From positions 124,001 to 188,000 of IMG/VR virus record IMGVR_UViG_3300028920_000001: a stretch of DNA of 64,000 nt; one strand, written 5' to 3'. The stretch's first letter is position 1. Every line of letters starts with the position of its first letter. The position numbers and the translations under genes are program-made. The notes under the pieces were generated by a model that did not search any database, was not told where the DNA came from, and worked only from the letters and a program-made list of their open reading frames with translations. Below, in pieces: positions 45,214-54,624 of the stretch.

Positions 45214-45647
45214 AATTCCATCACTTTTTTAACTTGTTTAAAACGGCGTCTTGCTCGATTAATCTGTGTAAGATGTTCTCTCCACCATTTAGTCTTTTTT
45301 AGATAAGCACCAAGTGCCTCACAAATGTCATCTTCAATCCAATATTTTTGCCATTGAAGTTGAACCGGACGAAGATTTTGAACAAATGAAATACAAGGAT
45401 CTTTGGAACAAAATTCGTTAAATTTATTAACATAATCACTATGATCATTTAAAACTTTGCCAACATTGTAATTGTGATGATCTATAAATAATCCTACGTC
45501 AATTTCATCAGCTACAGAAGTTGTTGTATTAAACACATCTTCAGTATCAATCCAATAAGCAATGAAGCATAATTGTATAGAACGAACATTCGGTAATGTA
45601 GTAGACGTAATTGCTCTCAATAAGGATATAGCTTCAAGCTTGGACAT
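45210..45647 (-). CDS. hypothetical protein, C-terminal motif
   Basis: Ends QVKKVMEL*. Confidence 0.8.
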   Translation of the reverse strand: MSKLEAISLLRAITSTTLPNVRSIQLCFIAYWIDTEDVFNTTTSVADEIDVGLFIDHHNYNVGKVLNDHSDYVNKFNEFCSKDPCISFVQNLRPVQLQWQKYWIEDDICEALGAYLKKTKWWREHLTQINRARRRFKQVKKVMEL

Positions 45648-45657
45648 TTATAAGTGA

Positions 45658-45685
45658 AGATACAAATAAGAAAAACGAATTTACG
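45658..45685 (-). promoter_or_regulatory. phage promoter-like motif
   Basis: CGTAAA-N13-TTTGTATCT; upstream block overlaps stop of 45681..45977. Confidence 0.6.
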
Positions 45686-45977
45686 CAGTCATTATGCTAT
45701 AGGCTATAGCTTCATTCCGATCAATTTCCTCTAATAACACAACCACTGATAATTGTTTTCTTACCATAATTACACAATTATCACATAATCCAATTATTTC
45801 AGTCTTGTCTGTAACTAATTTATACTGTCGATCCGGTTTCTTATTACATCCAATGTAAGAACATTCCTCAAGAGGATCAGCTTGGAAATTCTTAAGATCA
45901 TTAGAACCAAATGGTAAACTTAAATGTTCAATGCTCCAGGTCACACTTGCAAATTCTGGCAGCTGGCGCATTGGCAT
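45681..45977 (-). CDS. small zinc-finger protein, C-terminal motif
   Basis: CSYIGC...LCDNC; ends IAYSIMTA*. Confidence 0.75.
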   Translation of the reverse strand: MPMRQLPEFASVTWSIEHLSLPFGSNDLKNFQADPLEECSYIGCNKKPDRQYKLVTDKTEIIGLCDNCVIMVRKQLSVVVLLEEIDRNEAIAYSIMTA

Positions 45978-45978
45978 T

Positions 45979-46407
45979 TTATTTCCCCTTATCTCTTCTC
46001 AATTTCTTAATTTGATTTAAATTTTTCTTAATAAAATTTGATCGCTTGACCATCGCGCCCAGTTCACTAATTATTTGCTTATTTACAAAATGGCGAGTCA
46101 TATCAACTTTATCTCGAATGGTTCCCTCCTTTCGGGCTCGAGTAGCTTGTTCAATCATATGCTTTAAAGTGGAATTGTGTTTACACAAATCCCAGAAATT
46201 TTGAATGGTTTTATCAACCGGAAAGCAGGTGGCTAATGCATTACCGAGATCAAAATCTACTCGACTTGTAAAATTAGATAAATCTGCTTTTTCTAAAGAT
46301 TTATGTATATGAAACTCTAAATCAGAATGCTGATCAAACCACCAAATAACGGCCGCAACTAGGATTGCTTCCGGTCCCGTTATTCTTCGAGAGCCGATGT
46401 CACGCAT
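45979..46407 (-). CDS. hypothetical protein, paralog of 58304..58708
   Basis: EAILVAAVIWW vs EAVIIAAIQFW; shared LG..(V/M)K.S. Confidence 0.8.
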   Translation of the reverse strand: MRDIGSRRITGPEAILVAAVIWWFDQHSDLEFHIHKSLEKADLSNFTSRVDFDLGNALATCFPVDKTIQNFWDLCKHNSTLKHMIEQATRARKEGTIRDKVDMTRHFVNKQIISELGAMVKRSNFIKKNLNQIKKLRRDKGK

Positions 46408-46687
46408 TCCTGAAAATAATACAATCTACACATCCGAAGAAGGCGTCGAATTTGAAATAATGGAGGGCCGCCTTACTATTTTCCATGAAAGCTGGTCCGG
46501 AGGATTATATATTGATACAGATGTTATTCAAAAATGGGATGCTAACCTACATAATCCAGAAAACCTTGAGTATTGGTATTGGCTCGATGGTAACCGCCAA
46601 AGCATGTCTCTAGGAAAAGCACAGTTAATCGCCAATGCCTTCAAGGAATCCGGCTTAAAAGATATTATTCAGATAATGCTGAGTTAA
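46397..46687 (+). CDS. hypothetical protein, C-terminal motif
   Basis: Ends DIIQIMLS*. Confidence 0.7.
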   Translation: MSRIPENNTIYTSEEGVEFEIMEGRLTIFHESWSGGLYIDTDVIQKWDANLHNPENLEYWYWLDGNRQSMSLGKAQLIANAFKESGLKDIIQIMLS

Positions 46688-46833
46688 TCTGGCTCGCCGT
46701 CGTCCTCAACAATAATTACATCTCCACGTTTCGAATAGTCTGGAAAAGCAGTTTGACTCTTTTCCTTGGGAGGGGGTGGAGGATTTGATGGAGGATGATA
46801 AGGAGAGGTAGATTTGTTGGTTCGGTTCCCCAT
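46684..46833 (-). CDS. small Pro-rich protein (49 aa)
   Basis: MGNRTNK...HPPSNPPPPPKEK...EPD*. Confidence 0.4.
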   Translation of the reverse strand: MGNRTNKSTSPYHPPSNPPPPPKEKSQTAFPDYSKRGDVIIVEDDGEPD

Positions 46834-46927
46834 ACAAGATCTCGTTATCAAAGCTTTCTTTAAAAATAAACCCGTCGTTCGACCAGTTTCACTTGCATAT
46901 TTATCTAAGATGTGTTAAACTTTTTGT

Positions 46928-47359
46928 ATGGCTACTGCAGCCACTATCGACTTTGGCCGATACCGGATTGTAAATCTTGGAAAGGTGAGATCTGATCTAA
47001 GGACCAAAGATAGCGTAGAAGCCGGAATATCCCTTGATAAAAAACAAGGGAATATGCGGCTAATCGAATATCGTCCCGGGAATGGTCGAACCTACAATCT
47101 TTTAATTAGTCATCTTTGTGATTTGAAAGAAAATGATATTCAGCAAGCTTTAGGGATTTCTGATAATTCCATACTTGTTTACGTTTTAGGAAAGGTCGGT
47201 AATTTTACTGTCAATTTGGATCGACCAATAGATTATAAATGGGTTCAGCAAGAACTCAACTGCTCCATTATTGATGCTGTAGTGATTTCGGAGTTAGTGG
47301 GTTCCCTTTATAATCTAAAATATATTTCGAGCTTAGATTACCTGGCCGGCACCCGATAA
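46928..47359 (+). CDS. hypothetical protein
   Basis: 143 aa. Confidence 0.7.
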   Translation: MATAATIDFGRYRIVNLGKVRSDLRTKDSVEAGISLDKKQGNMRLIEYRPGNGRTYNLLISHLCDLKENDIQQALGISDNSILVYVLGKVGNFTVNLDRPIDYKWVQQELNCSIIDAVVISELVGSLYNLKYISSLDYLAGTR

Positions 47360-47385
47360 GCTTCCTTTAACCAGCCATCAATAAG

Positions 47386-47787
47386 ATGGCTGACCAACTC
47401 ACTACTGCTACTTCCATCACCTACACCCCTCCTAAGGCAGCTGCCAATTCTGGGCAGAGCACCCTAGGCACTTCAGGTGTCTACAATGCCGCTGCAGTAG
47501 GTTCAATTGATGTTCCAAATGGGACGACAGTAGGCACAGTATTTAGTATCCCATTTAATTCGGTTGATAATGCCAAGACCGTAATTGTCCGAAATGACAT
47601 GACTTCAGATATCGGAATTAGACTGAACGGAGCAGTGGCCGATAATTTTGAATTAGCGCCATCAGGAGAAATGGTCATTAGCAATCCGGTTGCTCCCGGA
47701 ACTACACCAATTACTGCAGTTGATGTAGTTACTACAGCCGACCCAACTAATCTTGAAAGGTTGTTCTATTGGATCTTCGGCGACTAA
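47386..47787 (+). CDS. T/A/P/V-rich beta protein, possibly virion-associated
   Basis: Composition typical of structural/decoration proteins; inference only. Confidence 0.65.
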   Translation: MADQLTTATSITYTPPKAAANSGQSTLGTSGVYNAAAVGSIDVPNGTTVGTVFSIPFNSVDNAKTVIVRNDMTSDIGIRLNGAVADNFELAPSGEMVISNPVAPGTTPITAVDVVTTADPTNLERLFYWIFGD

Positions 47788-47814
47788 AATAATTTCACAA
47801 ACTCGAGCTTCTTC

Positions 47815-48048
47815 TCATTCATCCATTATTTGTTGAATCATATACTCTTGAATTGTGATTCTGGACCCGTGCATGAATTTCGCATGGTCCGCACAACAGA
47901 GAAATGGTCTCATTTCCACGATAGGGATTGCATTTTTATTTATGATTTTTGTTTTCATTGAATAAACAAATATGGCTTCACCCATACAGCGATAATAACC
48001 ACCAAAACAAGATGGTTGATATTCGCACATGTACTCCGGCAGTTTCAT
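47815..48048 (-). CDS. small Cys-rich protein, C-terminal motif
   Basis: Ends MIQQIMDE*. Confidence 0.75.
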   Translation of the reverse strand: MKLPEYMCEYQPSCFGGYYRCMGEAIFVYSMKTKIINKNAIPIVEMRPFLCCADHAKFMHGSRITIQEYMIQQIMDE

Positions 48049-48281
48049 GTCTCCATGACCTGAGAAACAAGAATTAAACCTTTTGCTTTCTTAATTAATT
48101 TCCGCTTTACTTTAATAGGAAACCAACAATAACTCCATCCATCATAACTAAAATTTCCCCGTTCCTTTGTGTAGACTTCAGGTTTATTGACATTAAATAC
48201 AACTTTGCAAGGCCACCCATCCCAAATTAGGCAAACCTCTGCGTAATCTTTATTACCCAATTTTTCTCGAGGCTTACCCAT
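48045..48281 (-). CDS. hypothetical protein, C-terminal motif
   Basis: Ends LVSQVMET*. Confidence 0.75.
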   Translation of the reverse strand: MGKPREKLGNKDYAEVCLIWDGWPCKVVFNVNKPEVYTKERGNFSYDGWSYCWFPIKVKRKLIKKAKGLILVSQVMET

Positions 48282-48568
48282 TATTCATCGAAAAGCTCAC
48301 GAAGTGAGAGTATATGTTTAACTTCTAACCACGGTACAAAGGTGACCGTTTCATCTCCCTTTGCCCTAAAATGTTCAACTGACATGTTAGCTAAATCCCA
48401 ATTCTGAAAAGCAATTTTATTAAAATCACGAAGTGCACACACCCAAAAACCATTACATCCTGTTGATAGAAACTCAGGATTATCTCCAACACCTTTTCGC
48501 ATCACAGCATAATTGCTAAATGGCATGTGCCACGATGGAGGTCTAGGCGGTTTTTCCCAGTCTGTCAT
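48281..48568 (-). CDS. hypothetical protein, variant motif
   Basis: YAVMRK...PEFLS paralog of 48565..48831; ends LRELFDE*. Confidence 0.75.
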   Translation of the reverse strand: MTDWEKPPRPPSWHMPFSNYAVMRKGVGDNPEFLSTGCNGFWVCALRDFNKIAFQNWDLANMSVEHFRAKGDETVTFVPWLEVKHILSLRELFDE

Positions 48569-48831
48569 TCTGCCATTAACCGGTAGACTTGAGCAATTTC
48601 TAAAAAATTAGACCATGTGATAATTTGAATAGAAGAGTCGCTCTTACGAAGGTTAGCAGCTTTTAACCCAGCTGAAATCTTTAAATATTTAGTAACAAAA
48701 GTATTCAACCTGAAATCAAACTTATCAAGCGGAATTGACCACCACGTGTCTTCTTGCCCAAAACTGTAATGCTGTGGAACTGACAAAAATTCTGGAATTC
48801 CATGGCTAGTTCTCATGATTACATACTTCAT
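48565..48831 (-). CDS. hypothetical protein, C-terminal motif
   Basis: MKYVIMR...PEFLS; ends QVYRLMAE*. Confidence 0.8.
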   Translation of the reverse strand: MKYVIMRTSHGIPEFLSVPQHYSFGQEDTWWSIPLDKFDFRLNTFVTKYLKISAGLKAANLRKSDSSIQIITWSNFLEIAQVYRLMAE

Positions 48832-49058
48832 GAATCCATCACTTTATTTACTATTATTGATTCATATGAAACAACATCTATATATGAAAAATTATGTCCA
48901 AACACTTGCTCAACAAAAGAGTGAACTTCTTTTTGAAGAAAAGTCTTAGCCTCTTCGACAACAGAAGTCCAACCATAATCTGGGCCCCAAGGGACGCCAT
49001 CGTCTTTATCGAGGATGCACAATAAATATCCATCTTTATTTTTAATTACATACTTCAT
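48828..49058 (-). CDS. hypothetical protein, C-terminal motif
   Basis: MKYVIK; ends IVNKVMDS*. Confidence 0.8.
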   Translation of the reverse strand: MKYVIKNKDGYLLCILDKDDGVPWGPDYGWTSVVEEAKTFLQKEVHSFVEQVFGHNFSYIDVVSYESIIVNKVMDS

Positions 49059-49258
49059 GAGTTCATTATCCTATTAACTAACCAAGTATCATATTCCCCG
49101 AGGGAAAGAACTCTGATATCGGGCCGAAAATAGAAATGTTTTGACTTCCTGTTTACATGTTTAGCACAACGAGCATAAACATGTTTCTCATTAAACAATA
49201 AAAATATTCCTGCAGGTCTGTCACAGATTTCACACTTATGTCGGACTACACACTTCAT
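49055..49258 (-). CDS. small CxxC/CxxH zinc protein, C-terminal motif
   Basis: CEICDRPA...RCAKH; ends LVNRIMNS*. Confidence 0.8.
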   Translation of the reverse strand: MKCVVRHKCEICDRPAGIFLLFNEKHVYARCAKHVNRKSKHFYFRPDIRVLSLGEYDTWLVNRIMNS

Positions 49259-49800
49259 TCAAGTTTACTTAATTCCGGGATCGCTTCAAATAATGTCTTG
49301 AAAAACTCTTCTTTGACTGACTCACCTAATGGATCTTGCCCCTCCTTCACATATATGACGTAAGTATTACTACCATATTCAAATTCAGTATGTGGGGTAG
49401 ATTTTACAATTACCTTCTTAAAGTTATCAAGGTCTGCTGTCTTATAGATGGTGAAATAGAGATAATTAAATTTTAGCGCATGTTCATAGCGCTTGATTTC
49501 GTAATTATATTCTTTTATGAAGGTGTCGTGTTGCTGCTTCTTCCATTCGAGAAAACCATTCGCCAGTGAAATGCGAACAGATTCATCTTTGAGATGGTTA
49601 CGAGCTTCTTCCACCGTATCAAATCCCAAAGCCTTAGCAGCTTTTTCACCAGCCACCGAAAGTGCCTTGATCAAAGTCTTTACATCATCCTTGGTCACTG
49701 GGACTAATTTCCCATCCCTGCGCCAAAACCAATCAACTTTGCCGCGCGTCTTGGTCAGGGCTTCCTTGTCCAGGATGTTCATATAGATGCTGTAGTCCAT
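49255..49800 (-). CDS. hypothetical protein
   Basis: 181 aa. Confidence 0.75.
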   Translation of the reverse strand: MDYSIYMNILDKEALTKTRGKVDWFWRRDGKLVPVTKDDVKTLIKALSVAGEKAAKALGFDTVEEARNHLKDESVRISLANGFLEWKKQQHDTFIKEYNYEIKRYEHALKFNYLYFTIYKTADLDNFKKVIVKSTPHTEFEYGSNTYVIYVKEGQDPLGESVKEEFFKTLFEAIPELSKLE

Positions 49801-49802
49801 CT

Positions 49803-50036
49803 TTACGACCTCATGATTGAAGAAACAGAATTAAGCTTATCGCATTCTGCTTGAGCTTCTTCATAAATATTAAACATCTGATCTTCAGTGGCTAATTTAC
49901 GTGAAAGAGCGTACTTTTTAGAGGTTATCCACACGATCCAATAAGACATCTTCTTACGAGGGCCACATCCTCTTCGAGGGATCTTCTTGGTGGAAGACTG
50001 TGGGACGTACACAGTATCTTCGTAGGGATTTTTCAT
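49803..50036 (-). CDS. hypothetical protein, C-terminal motif
   Basis: Ends SVSSIMRS*. Confidence 0.75.
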   Translation of the reverse strand: MKNPYEDTVYVPQSSTKKIPRRGCGPRKKMSYWIVWITSKKYALSRKLATEDQMFNIYEEAQAECDKLNSVSSIMRS

Positions 50037-50302
50037 GCAGTCATCACCTGCAGCATCGCGATTTCATCACGTGGAATTTTGATCACTTCGTCAGCATCCG
50101 CCCACGTGACGATTTTGCGATGACGAAAGCACCTGGCATGGATTTCCGGTTCTTGTCCTTCACGGAGGACTAAGAATGCGAAATCCACAGTTCGCTCGAA
50201 CTGAGAATTGCAATAGGGGCACTTGTTGATTTCTTCCACGCGAGAATGAGTGACCTGATGGCCACACACATCATAGCGCTTCAGCGTATCAAATACTGCC
50301 AT
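50033..50302 (-). CDS. small zinc protein, C-terminal motif
   Basis: CPYC...RCFRH; ends AMLQVMTA*; GAGGTG RBS. Confidence 0.8.
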   Translation of the reverse strand: MAVFDTLKRYDVCGHQVTHSRVEEINKCPYCNSQFERTVDFAFLVLREGQEPEIHARCFRHRKIVTWADADEVIKIPRDEIAMLQVMTA

Positions 50303-50310
50303 GGCTCACC

Positions 50311-51009
50311 TCATGTATATAGACGCATTGTCTCGGATACAGCTTTCGCTACAACAACACGTGGATCGACTCTTTTAATTTTCATTTTCTGCCTAACATT
50401 CTCAGGAAAATCTTCCACGGTGGCTGTAGCGATGCCTTCCACAATGAGATAATCTGCTCCTCGGCGCATAGCTCTGGAAGGACAATCTCCGCGGGCGGGT
50501 TCTTCACCTTCCTCATCTTGCTGAGGAGTAATGCCCCTGACCATGATTGTAGACTCCAGATACTCATCCCGAAGATCACGCACATGGTCAGGGTGACAGA
50601 CAAACCCAGTGATTCCCGCAGCAGAAACATCGGCCGCATCCTTCCTCCAATCACGATTGGGATCCAGAGAGACCAACACTTCCACTTCTTCACCAGCAGC
50701 TGCGACCGCTGCTGCAAAGACCTCAGGTGGATTATCAATATGAAGGCTCACGAAGGATACCTGATGCTCCTTCGCAAATTCAATATTTTGGCGAATTGCT
50801 TCGACGCCACCCTTATATTCCATATCCAGGAAAGTGTTGAGTGCACACTCCGGGGCAAGGTTGAGAATTGATTCCCCGGCGTTTTCGTACAGAGCTGCAG
50901 TGACCTGGATGATACCGATGTCCTCATGCAGATCCGACGTAAGGTCTACAGCCTCCAGCGTATCTTCAGGCAGAGGCAAAACAATTCTGCGGTAGGGGCG
51001 CATTTCCAT
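50311..51009 (-). CDS. OMP decarboxylase (PyrF)-like TIM barrel lacking catalytic residues
   Basis: FLDMEYKG replaces FLDLKxxD; IQV replaces xKV; retains VSLH, G.VC.P, GADYLIV. Confidence 0.7.
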   Translation of the reverse strand: MEMRPYRRIVLPLPEDTLEAVDLTSDLHEDIGIIQVTAALYENAGESILNLAPECALNTFLDMEYKGGVEAIRQNIEFAKEHQVSFVSLHIDNPPEVFAAAVAAAGEEVEVLVSLDPNRDWRKDAADVSAAGITGFVCHPDHVRDLRDEYLESTIMVRGITPQQDEEGEEPARGDCPSRAMRRGADYLIVEGIATATVEDFPENVRQKMKIKRVDPRVVVAKAVSETMRLYT

Positions 51010-51028
51010 AGATCAAATCTCCATGATC

Positions 51029-51056
51029 AAATACAGCGGAGCTGTAACGATTTACG
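51029..51056 (-). promoter_or_regulatory. phage promoter-like motif
   Basis: CGTAAA-N13-GCTGTATTT; upstream block overlaps stop of 51052..51423. Confidence 0.6.
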
Positions 51057-51423
51057 CCTCCATCACTTTTCTAACCATGGTCTCTTGGATTCGATGTACA
51101 ACTTCATCTGGCGGAATACCCGATTCAAGAATCATTTCTACTATCTCATCTAAACATTCATCAACATAAATTATAGCACGCTTGATACATTCTTTCTTAT
51201 TGGGATGGAAACTAAAAGCTCGGGGACCACTTGCCTCCCATTGTCTATCTTCCTCTCGGCGCAAGATTCTTACAGACCCACTATGAACTGAAACTGTGTC
51301 TCCTCTTTTAAACAACTTACCCAGTTCCTCTTTAGCCTCCGGGCTCATAAATCCACCCGCTGCCGCCCGCCTTTTCCAGAGTTCTCTTTCTTCCCTCTCT
51401 TCTTTAAGGGTCTTATATGTCAT
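51052..51423 (-). CDS. hypothetical protein, extended C-terminal motif
   Basis: Ends IQETMVRKVMEA*. Confidence 0.8.
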   Translation of the reverse strand: MTYKTLKEEREERELWKRRAAAGGFMSPEAKEELGKLFKRGDTVSVHSGSVRILRREEDRQWEASGPRAFSFHPNKKECIKRAIIYVDECLDEIVEMILESGIPPDEVVHRIQETMVRKVMEA

Positions 51424-51770
51424 GGGTCCATCACTTCATGAATCACAATTGTAGGAAACTTGGCTAAAAGCAGATTTTTGAAGGTTTCGTAGTGCTGTAC
51501 TACAACCACAACATATGTACTGCTTTTACCTACTCTGGTCTGTCCCCAGGTTAAATCCGGGGTGGCTTTAGACACATTATGAATAAATGTGTCTGTGCGC
51601 TTCATAATTGTCCTACTAAAACGTACAGAAGCTACACTATGCTGTTCAATCCATTTGCCTGCTTTATTACGAACATCCTCACGAGAATAAACCTGCTCTA
51701 ACAAATCATTAAATGCCGGATATCCTAACGGCACGTCACCAAGATCATTCCAATTACGTACAGCAGTCAT
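51420..51770 (-). CDS. hypothetical protein, C-terminal motif
   Basis: Ends VIHEVMDP*. Confidence 0.8.
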   Translation of the reverse strand: MTAVRNWNDLGDVPLGYPAFNDLLEQVYSREDVRNKAGKWIEQHSVASVRFSRTIMKRTDTFIHNVSKATPDLTWGQTRVGKSSTYVVVVVQHYETFKNLLLAKFPTIVIHEVMDP

Positions 51771-52324
51771 TTTTCCATAGTTTCTTTAACTTGAAGAAAA
51801 TCAAATTCTTCTTTAAAGAGTTCTTCAATTCTTCCAAGAGCAACGTGACTTCGGGCTCGTTTTAAGCCATCAGCAATTACATTTCGGGCCATTTTATCAT
51901 TATGGGCTTGGATTCGATCTTGATAATTGCTATTGAAAGATTTAATTTGTTCTTTAATACGCTGAATCAAATACTTGAAATAAGGATCCTTTTTCAGGGG
52001 CGCTTCAGATAAACAATAATTTCGATCGTAATCCTCAATCAGCTCCAAAATTTCATGAATAACAAAATCCCGACCTGTTTTCAGGTCTCTCTTGGAGAAT
52101 AGAAAACTATTTTGTTTGTAAGTAGGTTTGGTTGGATCTTTAAACTCATATCTTGATGCTTCGAGTACCTCATTTGCTGGCGGCCCGAATCCAAGAATAA
52201 AAGACACTCCGAGGTTATCTATATTTATTCCTTGTACATTCATTTCGTTACAGGCTTTTTCGAACAATTTTAAATTTTGATTTAGATAAAATTCTTCATT
52301 ATCCTTCTGAATTTTAATAGCCAT
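51767..52324 (-). CDS. hypothetical protein, extended C-terminal motif
   Basis: Ends QVKETMEK*. Confidence 0.8.
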   Translation of the reverse strand: MAIKIQKDNEEFYLNQNLKLFEKACNEMNVQGINIDNLGVSFILGFGPPANEVLEASRYEFKDPTKPTYKQNSFLFSKRDLKTGRDFVIHEILELIEDYDRNYCLSEAPLKKDPYFKYLIQRIKEQIKSFNSNYQDRIQAHNDKMARNVIADGLKRARSHVALGRIEELFKEEFDFLQVKETMEK

Positions 52325-52521
52325 TACGACACCATGAGTTGTCGAATCCAGTCCTCAGCACAATTACAAGAAGCTTTAGGTTTTTGACCAGACTTCACCA
52401 CCGCCCTTACATGACATTTCTTACAAATATATCTTTCCATCCAATCTTTAGTGACCGGATTCTGATATTGGCCATCTCGACGCCATTTGTGACGACCTTG
52501 AAATCGAAAATGACTCTTCAA
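52324..52521 (-). CDS. small HxW/CxxC zinc protein, C-terminal motif
   Basis: RHKW...CKKC...C.C; ends WIRQLMVS*. Confidence 0.75.
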   Translation of the reverse strand: MKSHFRFQGRHKWRRDGQYQNPVTKDWMERYICKKCHVRAVVKSGQKPKASCNCAEDWIRQLMVS

Positions 52522-53102
52522 GATTTCATCACTCCTTCAATAGTTAATTCTCTAATCACATCTTCCATCAATTCACAAATCTCAGTAAGCGGAATTTTAT
52601 TATCAAAACTCTTAGCATTTGCTTTAATAGACGCTCGAGCTTCTTGCTTGAGAATTTGATATTGTTGATCTTTTAAATCAATCTGACTAATGATTTGTTT
52701 TACCTGTGCTCTAGTGCGATTAAATGCATCTTTAAGCTCAGGTAGTGCATAAATGCGCTCAGTAAGCGCTTCATGTTGATTCTCTCGCAAACCCTTGATT
52801 TTCTTATCACCAAATCGGTTTTTACCATTAGCTATTTTCTGATAAAGAAACCCATCTAAGATAGATCCTCCGTAGTTATTTCGATTCAGCCACACATTTT
52901 CTTTAAAGGCTTTGAATTTTTGGGAAGCAGAAAAACTCAAGCAATTACTATTCCAGTCTCCTTGTGGCTTTTCTTTACTGCGAAATGGTCCTATGTAATA
53001 ATGGAAATAAGAACTACCAGAATAAACCTTATACGCTGATATATTTACTCTGGGTAAGAGCTTTTGGATCTTCTCGACTATTTCATCTACCTTAGTTCGC
53101 AT
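52518..53102 (-). CDS. hypothetical protein, extended C-terminal motif
   Basis: Ends TIEGVMKS*. Confidence 0.8.
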   Translation of the reverse strand: MRTKVDEIVEKIQKLLPRVNISAYKVYSGSSYFHYYIGPFRSKEKPQGDWNSNCLSFSASQKFKAFKENVWLNRNNYGGSILDGFLYQKIANGKNRFGDKKIKGLRENQHEALTERIYALPELKDAFNRTRAQVKQIISQIDLKDQQYQILKQEARASIKANAKSFDNKIPLTEICELMEDVIRELTIEGVMKS

Positions 53103-53599
53103 TAGCTGACGCTGTAGGTCTGAACCACCCGAGGCTTCCCGACCTTCTTGATGCCAAGTGACTTGAGCTTATTTCCAAGCTTCTCCAGAGCTTTAGCCTG
53201 AGCCACCACAGACTGATAGGTGACAGCTCCGCCAATCCGAAGATTGTGATTGATATCAAAATCTTCTTCAATTTGCTTCAAGGCAGGACGATTGAGACCA
53301 AAAATCACCCAACTTACGTCACCACTAACGAAATCACCGTAAACATGGTAATGACAGCCAGCTCTACTAGCAATGTCCTCGAGGAGTTCTTCTTCAGTTT
53401 CATAAGTGCCATCAAATTCATAGAACACTTCTTCGTCAGAATCGATGACTTTTTCCGGCTTGATCTCTTTGCCAGTTTTCTGATCCCAACGTGGCTCCAG
53501 ATGGGATTCCTCTGGCTTGATCTTTTCGAAGGGGCGAATCAACTCATAAAGATCAAAAACATAACCGACCTTGATTTCAACGCTGTATTCGACGCCCAT
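53102..53599 (-). CDS. acidic hypothetical protein
   Basis: 165 aa; coupled both sides. Confidence 0.8.
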   Translation of the reverse strand: MGVEYSVEIKVGYVFDLYELIRPFEKIKPEESHLEPRWDQKTGKEIKPEKVIDSDEEVFYEFDGTYETEEELLEDIASRAGCHYHVYGDFVSGDVSWVIFGLNRPALKQIEEDFDINHNLRIGGAVTYQSVVAQAKALEKLGNKLKSLGIKKVGKPRVVQTYSVS

Positions 53600-53997
53600 T
53601 ATCCTTTTCCTTTATGATTCTCGTTGGGACGATTCTCAGCTACTTTGCGAAATGGAATACCAGGGTCATTCATCAAGCGACCCATTTGACAAATTGCAGC
53701 CGAAAACAACCCGGAGTTATTCTGCCAGAAATGCTTATAATTTTCGCGATCCTTCACTGAATCAAATGATAAAATCTCGCATCCACTTTGCTTACCAGCG
53801 GCATTCTGCACACCCAAATATCGAACTGTTGATTCCTCACTACAGTCTGGGCAATGAGTAATTTTGCCGCCAGCTCTTCGCTTTTCAGGGCTGTGTAGGT
53901 CGAACTCGTCTCCACATTCAATACATACACGAATCTGGCTCATATTCAGTAATACGCGGAGGTTGAGCCAATCTACGACTCCATAATTTCTTCGCAC
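53599..53997 (-). CDS. zinc-ribbon protein
   Basis: CIECG...HCPDC; start likely MSQIRVC (53943). Confidence 0.75.
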   Translation of the reverse strand: MRRNYGVVDWLNLRVLLNMSQIRVCIECGDEFDLHSPEKRRAGGKITHCPDCSEESTVRYLGVQNAAGKQSGCEILSFDSVKDRENYKHFWQNNSGLFSAAICQMGRLMNDPGIPFRKVAENRPNENHKGKG

Positions 53998-54575
53998 TGA
54001 ATTTCACGCCACAGGTTTAATACTTCTTCTTTATCCCAGGCTGACTGATACAGCTTACGATAGAGTGCTTTAAGCTCATTTGACTGACGATCACGAATAC
54101 GACCTTTGAATTTTCTAATTTTGCTTTGAATAATTTCAATCTGATCAGGATCTTGCAAATATGATTTTACTGCATTATCCATATATTGCTTAAATCGGTT
54201 ATATTCAATTTCAAACTTAGGCTCTTCTAGAAAATCACGACATAGTTGATCGATAAAAGGTGAATTAAAATGATCACTTGGAACGAACGATCTCAACAAA
54301 TTAGGAAGAAAATATCCAGGTGTAATTGTGCGTTTGACTGATTTCTTTTTAGTCTCAAATGAAGTAGGCATCATACAAGAATATGTAACTCTTACCAATG
54401 ATGCAATTTGATTATCTCCTATCTCGTATATTTTTACGCCCACCTCCTTGAGATGAGCATAATTAATGAAATAGATCAATTTTAGGGACGCTTTTTTATA
54501 TTCTCCCCGCAGATTTTCGCCAGCAATTCGATTATTAACTATCCGCTCAATTAAACCAGATGAAACAACGCTCAT
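53973..54575 (-). CDS. hypothetical protein, extended C-terminal motif
   Basis: Ends WREIQCEEIMES*. Confidence 0.8.
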   Translation of the reverse strand: MSVVSSGLIERIVNNRIAGENLRGEYKKASLKLIYFINYAHLKEVGVKIYEIGDNQIASLVRVTYSCMMPTSFETKKKSVKRTITPGYFLPNLLRSFVPSDHFNSPFIDQLCRDFLEEPKFEIEYNRFKQYMDNAVKSYLQDPDQIEIIQSKIRKFKGRIRDRQSNELKALYRKLYQSAWDKEEVLNLWREIQCEEIMES

Positions 54576-54624
54576 CTCAGGATCTACACCTGAGCAGATC
54601 TTCAGTTAATACTAAGGGAAAACA

